NCBI GenBank assembly: GCA_030141605.1
Contig: JAQGDQ010000023.1
Location: 434,001 to 498,000, forward strand
Direction of reading: 5' to 3'
From: Tubiluchus corallicola
Taxonomy: Eukaryota > Animalia > Priapulida
DNA: 64,000 nucleotides
In this document: in pieces, positions 46,301-61,000 of the stretch
Numbering within the stretch: the stretch's first letter is position 1
Layout: every line of letters begins with the position of its first letter
Made by a program: the position numbers and the translations under genes
The notes under the pieces: model-generated
Databases searched by the model: none
What the model was told of the DNA's origin: nothing
Seen by the model: the letters and a program-made list of their open reading frames with translations, nothing else

Positions 46301-49300
46301 TCATCCGCAAATTTTATTTACACACGTACACTTTAAATTATATGTATATAGTCTATATTATAATTTGCGTGTAATATTGTAATATATATTTCAGTTTTAA
46401 ATTTCTGTGCTCAGTAGTTTTTAGTTTGTGCTGGACGCATTTGCCTTTAACAGTTGTGTGAATTTTATTCTCATGCTGCGGTGTTCAATGCTTGTATGCT
46501 TATGAACATCCGTTTTTATTGGCAAAATAATAAAGATTAGTATATATATATATAAAAGGCTGGACCAGCTTCTCATCACCAAAATTACATCAAGGCGACA
46601 GCTACTTGCTTAACTGAATACCAGCCAAACTTAAATAAAAGAAAACGGCGATTTTTAAAAACATTTTCACAAGATTGAAGAAGATTCATCGTAGATTAAT
46701 AACATTACAAATTAATGATTTAAAGGATGGGTTAAAAAGTTCTTCCTGCTATCGTGTACGCAAAGCAAATTTCCCTTAATATGGGTCACTTCCGGTTTCC
46801 TGTGCTGTGCACCACTTCCAGTACTTGCTAATGTAGTTTATGTCAAGCTTGTCAAATATTGACTTCTCATGAGGTGTCTGGGTAATCCCCTCAATATTTT
46901 GCTCTAAACCGAGAGTACGTCATCACTGGAACATGTCTGTTACTGTTATTTTGAGGCCATATTTTAATAATAATTGTAGTGTAAAAAACATATTTCTTTC
47001 TTTTGTCATAAAGTTTCAAAATTGCAAGCTAGTATATAAAGAACATACACGTATCGTGTTTTTTATATTCAAGAATAAAATAAATTAATTTTATTCCTTT
47101 CTGTCCATTCGGAAATTTTGTTGGAGTTCAATAGTGTATGATTTTTTAAATAGTTCTTAGCCCATTAGTTCGAACGTTTTTCCTTATTAATCTAAAGGAA
47201 GTCTGAGAAAATCTATTCTCAGCTACTGAAACCTGAAAACTGTGATTACTATTTTTGGGTACTAGTTAAATCTTGTTTGCACCGGTATGAATACAACACA
47301 AACGCAGAATTAAGATAACATGACCAAATACTTATTTACGATACGATTACATGATGATTGAAAAACCTTAAAAGCACAAACGATTAATACAATTTTACAA
47401 CATGATTAGTACAAAAGATTTTGACATTTTAGACTAGAAATAAGGTTTTAACTCCTTTTCTTAATTACGACATTTTACATCTTATTATTTTAATCTAACA
47501 AATAGTCAGAGCGCTTAAGGAAATAATTAGCGACAGGGTGTCTATTTTTCAAAGTGGACTTGTAGACATTTGAAGACTATTTAACTGTGTCTCCACTGGT
47601 AAATGCCGCCTCCAGTAAATTATTTTGTCAAAGATTAATGAAAACTAACTTTTCAACACATTTGTATTTCTGCAAACATATGCAAATAGTGATTTTACTC
47701 TTTGTGTTTCTCATGCATCGATTTTAACCTGTCTTATTTATTATTGTACATATTTTATTGTTTTACGCATATTGTTTTATTGTATATATGAGCGTTTTAA
47801 TAAAAAATTAACTTTTATACCTGTAAGCTAAGAAAACAAGCTTTATCATATTCAAAGGCCTGGTTAGTTGTCATACGAAGAAAGTTAGTCACCCCTGAAG
47901 ACATTCTGTTATGTCAGTGTATTCACGTAAGTAATTACACATGGCTTTACTACTGTACTCTATACTAAAGTACATAATTATATTATTTTTTCAGTGTAAA
48001 ATTCGAAAGTGGTGCTGACAAGCCACTGGCATAGTAGTGTCTGTTTTCTTTTACTGGTTTACTGCTGTATTTACCTGTCTTGAGGGCTGTTTTATTTTAT
48101 CTTAGAATTGTGACAATTGACGTAATGGGCGTATGATGATGACCAGTATAAAAGAAAATTATGTTTGCTTAGACTTCGGAATCATTCCGTTTTCGACTTA
48201 TTCAATTCTGTTTTTTCTCTAAAAAACGCTCTTTTGGCTCACACGCTTTGGGATTTTTTTGGGCAATTTTCATTTCTAATTTCGTTTGTACAAAGTTTGC
48301 CATGCTTCGCTTTTCAGTCTTAAAGAAAAAGTTACCTTGCTTTTTCTTTGCAGACCCCTAACAAGAGAGGTGTTGATAAAGCGCTCCTAAGAAAGTTTAT
48401 TGAATTAGTAACAAAATTAATGCATTATGCAACATGCTAATATAGGGTTCGTCGCGGTCTGTGGTAGGGTCTTGTCACGTCCAGGGTTGCTCTAATGGAA
48501 CTGGATTAATTTCTTTCGTTCTAAAGGCCTGAAGCCTGGTCTGTTTGGCTTCTGGTCTGTTTCAATGTCTTATTTACCATTCTGTTCAAGGTAAGGCAGT
48601 GTTTGGTCTGAGAGCGACGCCTAACCGAATATGTCTTTGTATGGGTTGGGTCCTGTCTGAGTCACAGCCTCACTTGTTAGGTTCTGTACAGGGTTTTTTA
48701 CAAGTGCATCGTGGGGCTGTGACGCTTCTATAGAGTGTATTTTCGATTGTAATCGGAAACAGGTTTGATGGGAGATTTGGGGCTCCCATCTGGCCTGCGC
48801 ATTAACCTGTGCAAAATTTCAACTCTCTTTGATGGAGCCTGTTGGCTGGTTGTGAGTGCTTTCAAAGATAAATGTGTACAAGAAGCTGCTCCAACAAGAA
48901 GACGAAAAATTAGGAATCACGACAGATCCAAAAACGTCCCTTTTCATTTGGTCCCAGCACTAGTTAAACTCCGGGCTTGGTGACGAAAGAGCTTTGATTT
49001 ATCAGAGCGTGTGCAGCTGGAATCCTATAGTTCCATACGGAATGGCGCGTTTACCAGTCTCCAGTCAGAACAGGCCCTAGCCTCGATCAAACAGATCTGA
49101 GATCGACCGCATCCATAGAGAAACTGATCCAGTCCAGTAATTACACTATACCCAGATAGTGACATAACCAATGCTCAAGCCACTCCACCAACACTTCCTT
49201 AGCCTGTTATGTATAATGCTTAACTTTTTTTACATAATGATTGTTACATAATTATGTGAAATTTATTACACATAATGACAAATTTTGTGGTTTGTTATCT

Positions 49301-52300
49301 AGCTGGAGGAACCTTCCTACAGGCTGGTTTCTGACTAGTATTTTTGGTACATAACGTTGAATTATGACACAATGACACTTTTGTTCATAAATTTAACAAA
49401 TGTATTATTGCACAACCAATATCGCAATTATTAAAAATTGCGCGAAATCATATTTTTTGGACAAAATATCCTTATGGAGGTTTATTCTTGTGGCTGCGTC
49501 AGTCATTTTTGGCCTTAATGCATGTCTTACACGTGCATGGCGCTGTACACAGTCATAGCCAGTTTGGGTAACCACGCTTAAGTCTGAGTATAAACGCATG
49601 CATTATACGTGACTGGTGCTAGACATAGCTAATAAACACTAAACAACCACGTAATCTATAACTATAATCATGACTTTCGAACATTTTATTTATTTATAAG
49701 TAAATTGTCCGTCTGTAAGACAGTTAAGCTCGCCGCAGGTCAGGTGATATTGCATACCACAGATAACATTAATTAATTTCTAGTGCACAGGTACAATCTT
49801 TATTCCAGGGTAATGATAACTACGGTACGTGTTTTGTTTTGTACTAAGGTTCATTAGTACAGAAAGTAAACATTGCTAAGGCTAGACTCTGTAATTCTAA
49901 GCCAAATGGTAAATGGAAGAAATAAACTAAAGTTTTTGAATTCTGTTTAATTCGAAAATGTAACCAAATTTATAACTTCAAAAATATAAACGTAAAGAAT
50001 GATTGCATGGTTTTAAGAATCGAACAAGAAAAAGTGACAAAAATGCTTAAAAAGAGACAGATCGGAAAAGGAGAAGATTAAGACGATGGGACAGAAGTAA
50101 ATAAAGAGAAACTTAAGCAAAAAAATTAATGCAAACAATAAAGAAAAAAGAAATAGAGAAATCGAGAAATTGGTAAATAATCAGAAAAAGTTAAAGAGGA
50201 AAACCCATTTGTTGTATAGTTTGCCGAATTAAAAGAAAACCAATTCTCAAAAGAATATATCTTGTCAAGTAATCCAGTTAAGGAAGAAACATTGAAAGTG
50301 AACAAGGAATAATACATGAAATAAAGCAAACGTTGGGTGATTTTGAAATAAAAAAGGACGTGATCAGGTATTTTTAGCGTTATTGTACATATATCATTAT
50401 TTATCTATCTCTATATATATATATAGATATATATATAACTAACTAACTGAAAGCATTGCTTTGCACTAGTTTCCAAAGTAAACATCAATAAACTACGTAA
50501 GCTGTATGCACGGCATGGGAAATATCCATGTAATATCCATTTACAAATGAGTCGCAAGTTGTGAAGATTACGTGTTTCGTCAACTTCCGTGTATTTTCCC
50601 AAACGCACCGAATTTTTGTAATTCCCGGCTGATTACGAAAAATAGTAACCAATCCAAATAATCGTGATTCCTTTAAAAACGCGTAGCTAATATCAATATT
50701 TAAATATTTAAATTTTTAAAATCTAAATGTCCAACTAATATCAGTAAATCGTTCAGATCTCATCTAGTTTGCAATTTTGTTTGACAAACTTAGAGCATAA
50801 GATAAACATACATACACGGGTTCAAACCACTACTATAGGCGCTTTAGTTCGTGCTTTTGATTACTAACAAGGGTTTGTAACTAAGTTCTCATTATAACCA
50901 TTTTCTTGAAAAGATATTGAGATATTGGACAACTGATTTAATATAGATGTCATCTTTATCCGCATATCATAATGCAATACATTGACAAGTCTGTATAATG
51001 GTAGCAACATAAGTAACTAAATTAATTAATTAATTAATTAATTAATTAATTGATCCAAAGAGTTAGTTTCAGTTTCATCGTACGTAAGTTGAGGTATTAA
51101 TATCTCGCTGTTCAACGTCCAATAAAGTTCAGTTGCTATCCGTATTAAAACCATAATTATCATCTTAATAATGTACAAAAATGTTATTCTTTTCCAATGT
51201 TGTTAAGCTAATGTGAGTATTTAAGGTTGACAGTACACATTATTAAAGTTATCAATAAATTTCGAGAAATTCAGAGTATGTTTAACAATTATCTTTGTAA
51301 GAAGATGCGTATTAGCAATACATGTTCTCATACTACAACGAGAATTCCTTGGAATATGAAGAACACGGCATAAAATTTTTCTATATTCAATAATGAAAAC
51401 TATTCTACATTTATAATGCTGAATTCAAAACATTACTGCCATAATTATATTACATGATAAACCCTGAATTTCATGTGTTGAAATCCAATCCTACGTAGTT
51501 GATTTGGGCGGATTAGATAGACTACACAAGCCAAAGATTTTCGCCGTCTTGCAAAGTCACAAAGTTCTTAAACCCTGTGAATTTTGCAAAGTTTCACAGG
51601 TGCAACTATCGACTTCGACTCATATAGTACTTACTCAGGTTCTGTTGCTGAGTTAATGAGTCAGGACTGAAGCGATCTGTAACATTTTGTAAGTTTATAT
51701 ACGTGTCTTATGATTGTCGTTGCATTTGCGCTTCATTATTTTCTGCGACCTTTGTCCTCGCCACATGACCCCGGGACATCATATCTCTCAATGTGCTGTG
51801 TTTTAGTCAAATCTTTCACACAGGAAGGTCTTTTATTCCTGTGTTTGTTTGTGGATGTTGTGGCGCAGAGTGATGTAGTGTAGGCGACACAGAAGTTCAT
51901 ACACTTTTCTTCAATTAGCACCCCGTGCAAATGCACAATTTGGTCAAAATTGACAGTACAGCACAAAATTACTTCAAATTTTTCGAAAAACCTTAAAAAT
52001 AACCTTGACGTAATAGCTGCAAAAGCAGTTTAAGTAGACTGTCCTAGTTACCTCAGTTATTGCAATTTTGGCTAATGCACAAATAACGGCAGTAGCATCA
52101 GAAAAAGTAGCAGCGGCAACAGCAATGTCAGGAGCAGAATCAGGAGCTGTAGCAGTAGCAGAGCAGCGGCGGCAACAACCGGAGCAACAGTTGCTCTCTA
52201 GTGGCGGTGGCGCTAATAGCAGCAATAGCTGCATCAAACAGTGACAGTAACAATGGCATAAATAACAACAACACAACTTGAAATATAAATTGACTTGCTA

Positions 52301-52812
52301 AATGCCAGTGTAAAAAGTGTGAAAACGAAGATCTTTGAAAACACGTCCTAAGACTCCTGTCTGTGTTACTTTGGTACATGTTTGGTTTTTATTTACGTGT
52401 ACATACATTTTGACACACTGCAAATTGTTATTCAGTATTCAGTGGCGACATTGCGGCCAGAAATTTGCTAATTATCAAACTAATCCTCTAAAGATCATAA
52501 TAATGGAAAACGAAAACTTTTGAAATTAAGACATGATTGTAGCGCATCTGGCAGGAGCGTAGAATATCTACATAATTTATAGCGTTAGAATAGACTGCGG
52601 TCCTCAAATGACACATATGTTGTTAATATTGTGAATTCTGATGTACTATATAAATCGAATATGTTCAAATTATGGAAAGAACTTTTATCATCAAATTTTC
52701 AATTTATGTAAGTTTTTAGGGCAATTTTAGTGAATTTATAATTATTTTTATTATGTTATTTTTGTCTGTAGTTATGTAAATATTTGTATATGGGGCATCT
52801 GAAGTAAAAAGT

Positions 52813-53015
<203 letters not shown>

Positions 53016-54464
53016 TCGGAGCAGTAGAAGTGTGTTGACCATGTTCAATGTGAATACACCTCCTCGATGAAATAGGTAGCCAGAATCAGTGTATACTCAA
53101 TGAAACTGCAAGAATGGATATTAAATCCCACGGTCATCCGTACATTCGCCGATAGGCTTCGACGCTGCTTAAATGCAACTGCGAAGCACAAACTGTGAAA
53201 CTCGGCTATTGCCCTCGCCCAAAAGAGAACTTGTGCTTTAAGTTAGCTGGTAAAATGGGAAAGTTTGTTTTATAGGTTTCTTTTGGCATGTTAAATCCCT
53301 CAAACTACGCATGCTACGTCAGTGATGTAGTTGAGCCCCCATTCATGAAAAGTAGGCGAGTAAAGAATGCAATACGCGTCCACAGATTGGCCATAAAAGA
53401 CCGGAAGAAAATAAACAATGTTCTAAAATTAACTAAAGTTGGAATGTATATAATGCCCGCACGTTGAATCTGTGTGGGAGTATAGGAATGCCCCCATGAA
53501 GGGTCGAATTCGAGCCAAGATCAACAGTCGTCGAGAAATTGTGAAATTACGCATCTAATGTATGTAGTGTTCCCGCACAATGCTATTATTATATTTACAT
53601 TACAGAAAGATGTTTTCAGATATCTAGATACTTTTTTATAAAGCCGTTTTCACAATTTCTGATTTTTTTGACAACGAGAACTGCGACATTTCAGGTTCTC
53701 ATCCTGCACACCTGCAGGCTTACAATTCTGCAGGTCTGATCAATGCCATTGCTTAGGTGAACGTAAAAGCCTTTTAAAATTTCCGTAAAATGCTCTTTCT
53801 AACATTTTTATATATATACTAAATACAATGGGTTTGTATATGGAAATTGATTAGAAAGTTGTCCATTCATGAAAAGAGCTGGTCTTAATTTGGCAAGTTG
53901 CCAAGATGGAAAAGTAGTGATCGATTTCAGTGCGCATGTGCTTCGCATTCCAAACGTCTTTACGCGGTTATTATTGATCATCTTATAAACACCGAGTTCA
54001 CTCAAAAATGCTTCTTTAAAACTTTGCTCAGCTATATTAAGCTCAGGAGGTCTATTGATAGAAACATTTGTGTATACAACATACTACAAAGTATACCTAA
54101 CCAAGCAAGTAGGAATTTATGGTTTTATATATAGAGAGCGCTGTGAAGGCATGCCAAGCAAAGCACAAACATCAATACACTATACACGGCCTGAAAAACA
54201 ACGCTAAGAATAAATTGAATTAACTCAAGTTGTTTCAGCATCTAGAAGCAGTGAACATTTTGAAAGAAGTTGTTAATTTTGTCTGTTTCTTTGTTACCCC
54301 TAACTGGTTGGGCAAATTTGTATGGAAGGACTTTTAATTGCAGATCCCTTTTTTGGAGCTGCGCGCTCCATCCAGTTCAGTGATTGTTAGCATTCTTTCG
54401 TGGCTTTACATTACGGGACGCATAAATGCATTTAAACTTTAATTACGAGCCCCGTCACTGCGTG

Positions 54465-54945
54465 CTTCAATGACGTCATGTTCTTTTAAACCCAGGAAGC
54501 CAATAGAGAGCTCACTAGTAATGAATGGATGAAGTATTTGAGGTTGATTTAAATAAATACATGTGCTTACTTCATGTCGTAAATCGCAAACAAATGCTGC
54601 TTTTAATAAAACCGGCACTTGTGGAATTCTGCAAATGCGCTTGGTCACTGAGGCGTGCCCGCTGCCGAATAAAGTACTTTATTTGAGCTAATGTGATCGT
54701 GGGAATTGCGTAATCATGACGTCATGCGGAAATTTAAGACCGATATCACCGAATTACTCCTGACCACTGCAACAAGATGTTTTATTATTCTACGCTATCA
54801 CACACGCGCGCCTTTTTAAATACGTCTCTGTAAACTTTCAGCATTGACAATGATTTAGCCAATAGCAGGCATTGCCAAGGTGTACGCCTCCAGAGTACCA
54901 TAATAAGCGTTTAGGCCAGGAAGTTAGTACGCATGCGTGTGCGAG
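54465..54945 (+). promoter_or_regulatory. Putative promoter of the TGF-beta ligand gene
   Basis: Two full CRE palindromes ATGACGTCAT (~54470, ~54716), two AGCCAATAG CCAAT boxes (~54498, ~54857) and NRF1-like ACGCATGCGT (~54929), all within 620 bp of the ATG. Confidence 0.5.
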
Positions 54946-55085
54946 CATTAAAAGCCGGTTAAACCGAAGCGTGGACAGCTAAAGTCTGATTCTGAACACC
55001 AGAAAAAGAACATGTTGCGGTATTTCTGTATACTTGTGTTTCAAGAAAAAAACGATACGTGATTTTTTGCCTTTTTAGACAAGAC

Positions 55086-58000
55086 ATGAGCGCATTACGG
55101 ATACTTGCAATTGGTTTTTTCTTGCGGATTCTTGTAATTAGTCATTTTTATTCGTTTGCCTTCGCAGACGAGATAGAGTACCTGGCTGCGGACGATGTTA
55201 GAGTTGATGCGATTAAAAAACAAATTCTAAAAAATTTAGGTTATGAAAAAGAACCAGAACCAGTCGAAATGGACCCGGAAGAGTATGCAAAACTGAGAGA
55301 ATTTTACCAGCGAAAAGTAGAAGAAGAACAAAAACTTTATGAAGAAAGAGAATTGATGGAACAGGCGGAAAAAGAATTGTCTGGAAAATATGAAAAGAAG
55401 TTGCACGTCTTTACAGACACAGGTAAGTTTGTAAATTTCTTTTTCTTCTTCTTCTTATTATTATTATATTTGAATAAAATATTGAATCACAGACTATAAT
55501 TTCAGGAACTAATTAAAACAATTTGTAAGTTTCTCGTTACCTGTGTGTTGTGTATAACAATAGCATTAATACTATTGTTATACAAATACGATAACTAAAA
55601 GGTACAAGTGCATAAATTTATAAAAACTGGTTAGGGTTTCGAATTAGGCTATGCGTGGTTAAGAACTTACGTAGACGTGCAGTAAATGCAATTTGCCGAC
55701 ATGTCGCTTTGGACTGTCAAACGTCAGTTTTTATCGTATGTATAAGCAATCAGCATTTATTATAAAGAAATTAGTTATTTTTGAAACTGTAGAACAATGG
55801 GCATGCCTCTTTTCCTATTTTAAAGTTTATTTCCGTGATTCAACGCTTGGTACTGGCGTAATTTAAAAAAATGTATGTTTTAAAAATAAAGAGTAAGTTT
55901 TTCATCTCTAAATTTTGGGATAGTGCTGTATCTTGTTCTTCTAGACTTCAGAATCAATTTGTCCCTTTACTTTCAAGTGAGGCGATGCGGTACAGCGTTC
56001 CGCTGCCGTGCAGAGGTTCTGGGTTCAATACCCACACAAGTTAGGGATTGCGAGATATACAACACTCTAGCAGGTCTCTTTCGCTGCCTTCTTAAATCTA
56101 AGCTGCTTTCTTAGATAATGATTAGCCTTGAGTGAGTACCTGGTCATATCCTGGAAGTAGAAAAACGGCCGAGCGACGGCTAGCGGCTCGTCTTCCTTTG
56201 CTGCCGCCCTCTTCTTCTTCGTTTTCTTCTTCTTCTTCTTCTTCTTCTTTGCATTTAAAGCTATCTCGTTTCCTCTAAATAGTTTATATCAAGAAGTTTA
56301 TTTCGAAATTTCATTGATCATTGTCCCTTCAGTTTAAGAACCTTTGCTGAGGGTACTTGAGGGTACTAAATATTAATATGAGAGAACTAAACAAAATCTT
56401 AACAAAACAAGGCAGTAATCCATATCTTGAGGAAATCTTGCGACACCTAGGCAATGTCTTAAGGAATCGAGATAGTGTTTCAGAGGAACAGGGTGTTAGC
56501 TTGAAAGATCGAATTGTTGTCTTGAGGAAACGCTCTCTTGAAGATGCAAGCTGTCCTCAGTTCATACGTCATTGCGGTCTTAAGGCTTTAGCCATAGAGC
56601 TCCGTCAAAACATAAAACAGTACAACCACAGTCGTGTTAGATTACGGGACCATGGGAATGGGTATACAGAAGCCCACGTAGTTCTTCAGTGTTTTGTGAT
56701 CACTATTAACCTGTAAATTACAGATTAAAGTGTGAAAAGGTAAAGGGCTATCTGACATTGAGCAAACATTCCATAAGTGTTTTATAGAACGAGGTGATTA
56801 CGATTATGTCTGTGCATTGATTGATGTAGCAGTAAACTGGAGATACACGTCTGATTGTATCCTATTTTGTCTCTCGTGTAGAATATCTACTGACCTCTCG
56901 TGATTCACACAGAATGGAACGAACTCTATGCGATTTTTAATCGTTTTTATATAGTTTTATACAGGCCCACGCTTTTGTGTACTCGGCAGTGCAGAGGATC
57001 GTGGAGAAACAGAGAGAACGCCTTGGTTAAACATGCGTTACGAGAGATTTCATGTATCTTTAGCGTTTTAACCTCAGGTGCGGAATGTTGGAAAATGTTT
57101 GATTATCAGGACACGTGGTTTGACTGCGTGCGTAGGCTTAGTAGCTGATATAGAAAACCATGTATTTCAGAGATCTGTTATGGCATGTGTATTCTGAAAT
57201 AGTAATGATGATTATGATGATGCTGCTGATGATGATGATGACGACGACGACGATAACGATGTTGCTGTTGCTGCTTTTTCGATTTGTTGCATGTAGCAAA
57301 TTTCTTTTTCAAAAATACCCCCACATTTTATGCATCTTTAATTGATTCGTACATCTTATAGTCCGGTTCATGAACAGATGTTTGGAGCATAGACACGATT
57401 TGCACCTACATGTAAAGGAAATGGCAGCTGTCAGCTCGGTTTGCTCATATGACTCGTTTTGCTGCTTCTCCTAGCATTTTAATTGCTAGAGACCAGAACG
57501 ACTGTTTTTTCTAGTGGTCCCCGGACTTCTTCTCTTTGAAACTTTCTACCAATTAATCGTTTCCCTATTAACGGATATTTAATTGTTAGCAATAGGAAAT
57601 TCGCTACATGTTTTTTATTAATCTTGACTTGCACTCGCATTTTCATTTTTCTGTTGTATACCCCTTTAAATGCTTTTATTAAGTTGAGTTATTACGTTTC
57701 TATGGCGTATCACCCATTTGCATGCTCCGGCGGAACGCTTTACAATAGTTACAATTCAAACATTACACACCAAGATAATGAATTTACAAGACGATTTGTT
57801 TGGGCGATTTGTAAAAAAACGTAGCAGATTTGTAGTATGCTCTTCCACCTTCACCGCGGTTTAGGCTTTACCTGTTGCTACGTTGAATCGGTCACTATCA
57901 ATCGATTTATTATTTTTTAAGATATCAATATTGATTTAACGGCGTCAGATTTGCCTTTGAAACTAGCGAAGTCACGAATCGCTGGGTGTGGACCCACATT

Positions 58001-61000
58001 CTTCAGCTTGTTGGCACTCAGCGATATGCAGTGCACTTCACGTGAAATAGACTTCAAGTCGAAATTTGTTGGACGGACGCATTGGTTTCATTTTGTCTAA
58101 AGTCTGAAAACTGCGGAAAATATATGACTTCATTAACTGATACCGACCATAATCACAGACTCAATTTCGTTGATCCTAATAAGGTATAATTGCCTGAAGC
58201 ACGCCTATAAGAAAAACACAAAATCAAAAATTTGCAAGTCATTGTTAACATTGAAATGAAGGATTCGTTACGGACAGAACTAAACTGGTGCTGGGAAAAA
58301 ACAATACTGCTTGAATTATTTGAAATATTTAACAACAAACTTTGGGCTATTACGTCTATAATGTCCTCCTTCATGTAATAAAACAGTGACCTCAAATGAC
58401 TGGGTCAATATTAAGTCTAATATTAGCCGTAGGATTAATGGTTTATGCGATAAGTTTGGGTTTGTTTTGACAACAACGTTATAAACACGGGGATTTCCTC
58501 ATCATAAGTTTACGTGACAGGTGCTATGATTCAATATGTAAATCAATATGCTACAATTACACTCCTACAGACAAGCTTTTGAATGAAGAATCGATCTGGA
58601 CCGGGAACTCCGTCGGTGAGATCTACAACTACACCGACAGAAACAGGGTTGCAAATTAATATTTTTGCTAGAAAAACTTTGTACAAGTTTGTTTAAAAGA
58701 CTAAAATTGGAAAACAAAAAATATATACATTTACACTGCTATAAACTGACTTTCAAACTTAAATGATTTGTTTTGCCAAAAAAGGTTTGTTCAGCACAAT
58801 TTTGTTTAAAGGACGAAGAAATGGAAAACAAAAAACTTATTCAATGCTAATAATACGTCAAAAGAAGGTTATTTAATAATTTTTACAGTCCGTTGGTAGT
58901 CCAATATCACCGGAGTTAAAACTAGTTTTGTACTACTTTGTACGGTTATGCCATTTTCAATAGAAAATCGTACTTACTTAACAAATGCTTAGTACAAATT
59001 AGCCAACATAAATTATTACTTTTTCTTCAAGGCAGGTTTTCCTCCGCCTATGAACTTGAATGGTATTTACCTGACTTAAACCATTTTTTTCAAGTTAATT
59101 CATCAATTGGGATTGACGCGCGTAATTGTTTTAATTTAACCACAGTTACGAACATATTTATTTTATAGCCTTATATATTTTTAGATCTTGTATAATCATA
59201 AAATCAATAGTCCTTAATACCGAAAACAATAATAACATTGTGCCTAATATGAAATATCCCACGATAAAAATATCGCTTTATTGAAAAGAGCTTTTCAGCT
59301 GAAATAAATAAATATGTTTATTGCGGGATATTACACGTAGTCTTGGGATACTAATGTAGTCTTGCATAATTAGTAATTTATAAACGAATTCGTAGTAAGC
59401 GAGAACTTAGCTATTTATTTAATTATTATTATTGCTAGTATTTATTTAATTTACTTTGTACGTTATAAAACTACACGATATTACAAGGAAAAAAAATAAA
59501 AACTGTACAGATAACCGAAATTAGAATAATTACTTTTTAGCTAAGGTATTACATATATATATATATATATATATATATACACTCAAACACAATACAAAGA
59601 TACACAATAAAAGTTTAATAAAGATTTCACTGAAATATGCACCAACACAACAGAAATTGCAAAATTTTGTAGTTAAGGAGATAAAGGAAAGATAAGATGC
59701 TTTCTTAGTTAAGATAACGTTCTTAGTTAAGATAGCGACGATAACGTTCTTAGCTACGCAAAACAGAGTGGTCCAAGAGAACCGTACTTATATACGTGTT
59801 TCGCAATAAGCCGAGTAAACATACTGTTTGCCAATTGTTTCATTGGGTAATTACGCCTACACAGTATAAACGAACCTCTTAAAGTCCTTGTAATATTATC
59901 AAAGTTAGGAACTAAGAATATTAAGACACCAATGAATTTTTCACTTATACTATTAGAATTTTTTATTTATTGATCCACAGATAAGGATTTTATATCCCCA
60001 ATAGTTGAATAGCCTTATAAGTACATTATTCTGAGCCCCTTTTAACATTAATAAATGACAAATTACATACCGCACGAGCTGTTGGCTCACAACATGCTCA
60101 GCAGTAAGTTCGAAGGGGCCTGGTGTCAAATGGAACCCGCAGTGTTTTGGTTATTTGTTATCATCATAACATTGTGGTTACCTGGGCAGTGTCCAATGTT
60201 TTCCTAATATTTAGACGTGTTGATCGGTAGCGATGTGACGGAGGCGGCCATCGCTGAGACGGTTAATGTCATCTTGACACATAGCTAACCTTCGCTTGCG
60301 GTTAACAGCTAGGATTAATCAATCGATTAACGTGGTTACCTATTTACACCGTGTCAGCTGATTTCTCAGTGCGCACACCTACAAATAGCATGTTGTTATA
60401 GATGACATTTAAATTTTAGAGCCCGTCCAAGGTCATTTAAAGCATAAATTTTGTATTTTTGACAATCAATAGAAGAGAATAAAATTTTCTTTTTCCATAA
60501 TGGCACATGGCATGTTAATAATAGTTAAAATATTAAATAGAACACAATTCAGTCAGGGCGTGTGTTTAACCGCCGAAGTTAACCACGCCGAGGCTGATAA
60601 CTTGACAGCTTGTGCGGCCGTTCTTTAAAAGTATATTACTTAATTATTTTTGTGCTAAACTAAATAGTTAAAGCGGGAATAATGAAAGATGCCTGAGATT
60701 AGACTCATTACAAAATAAAACACATCAGCGTTGAATAGCACTCTATTATGCAATGCACGTAACTGACTGTTAAACCTATTGTATCTCATTGGAGGTATTT
60801 TAGATTTATCTAGTTAATGTAACTTTAAGTGGATGACTATTAGGAAACTTTAGAGAATGTGGATGAATACAACCTACATGCAATCAAGTTATTTAAGAAT
60901 ACGCTTATTGTGCTGATAATGCATAAATCCATGGCTGATTGCTTGAATGACGCTTCGCACGCAGACACACCCGCACAAAACGGGTAACAGGCATTACAAC

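Noticed and set aside
56357-56716. 119-aa plus-strand ORF in the TGF-beta intron
   Set aside because: TTG start and no recognisable domain. It is not needed for the in-phase two-exon model and is more likely a retroelement remnant next to the (GAA/CTT)n run.
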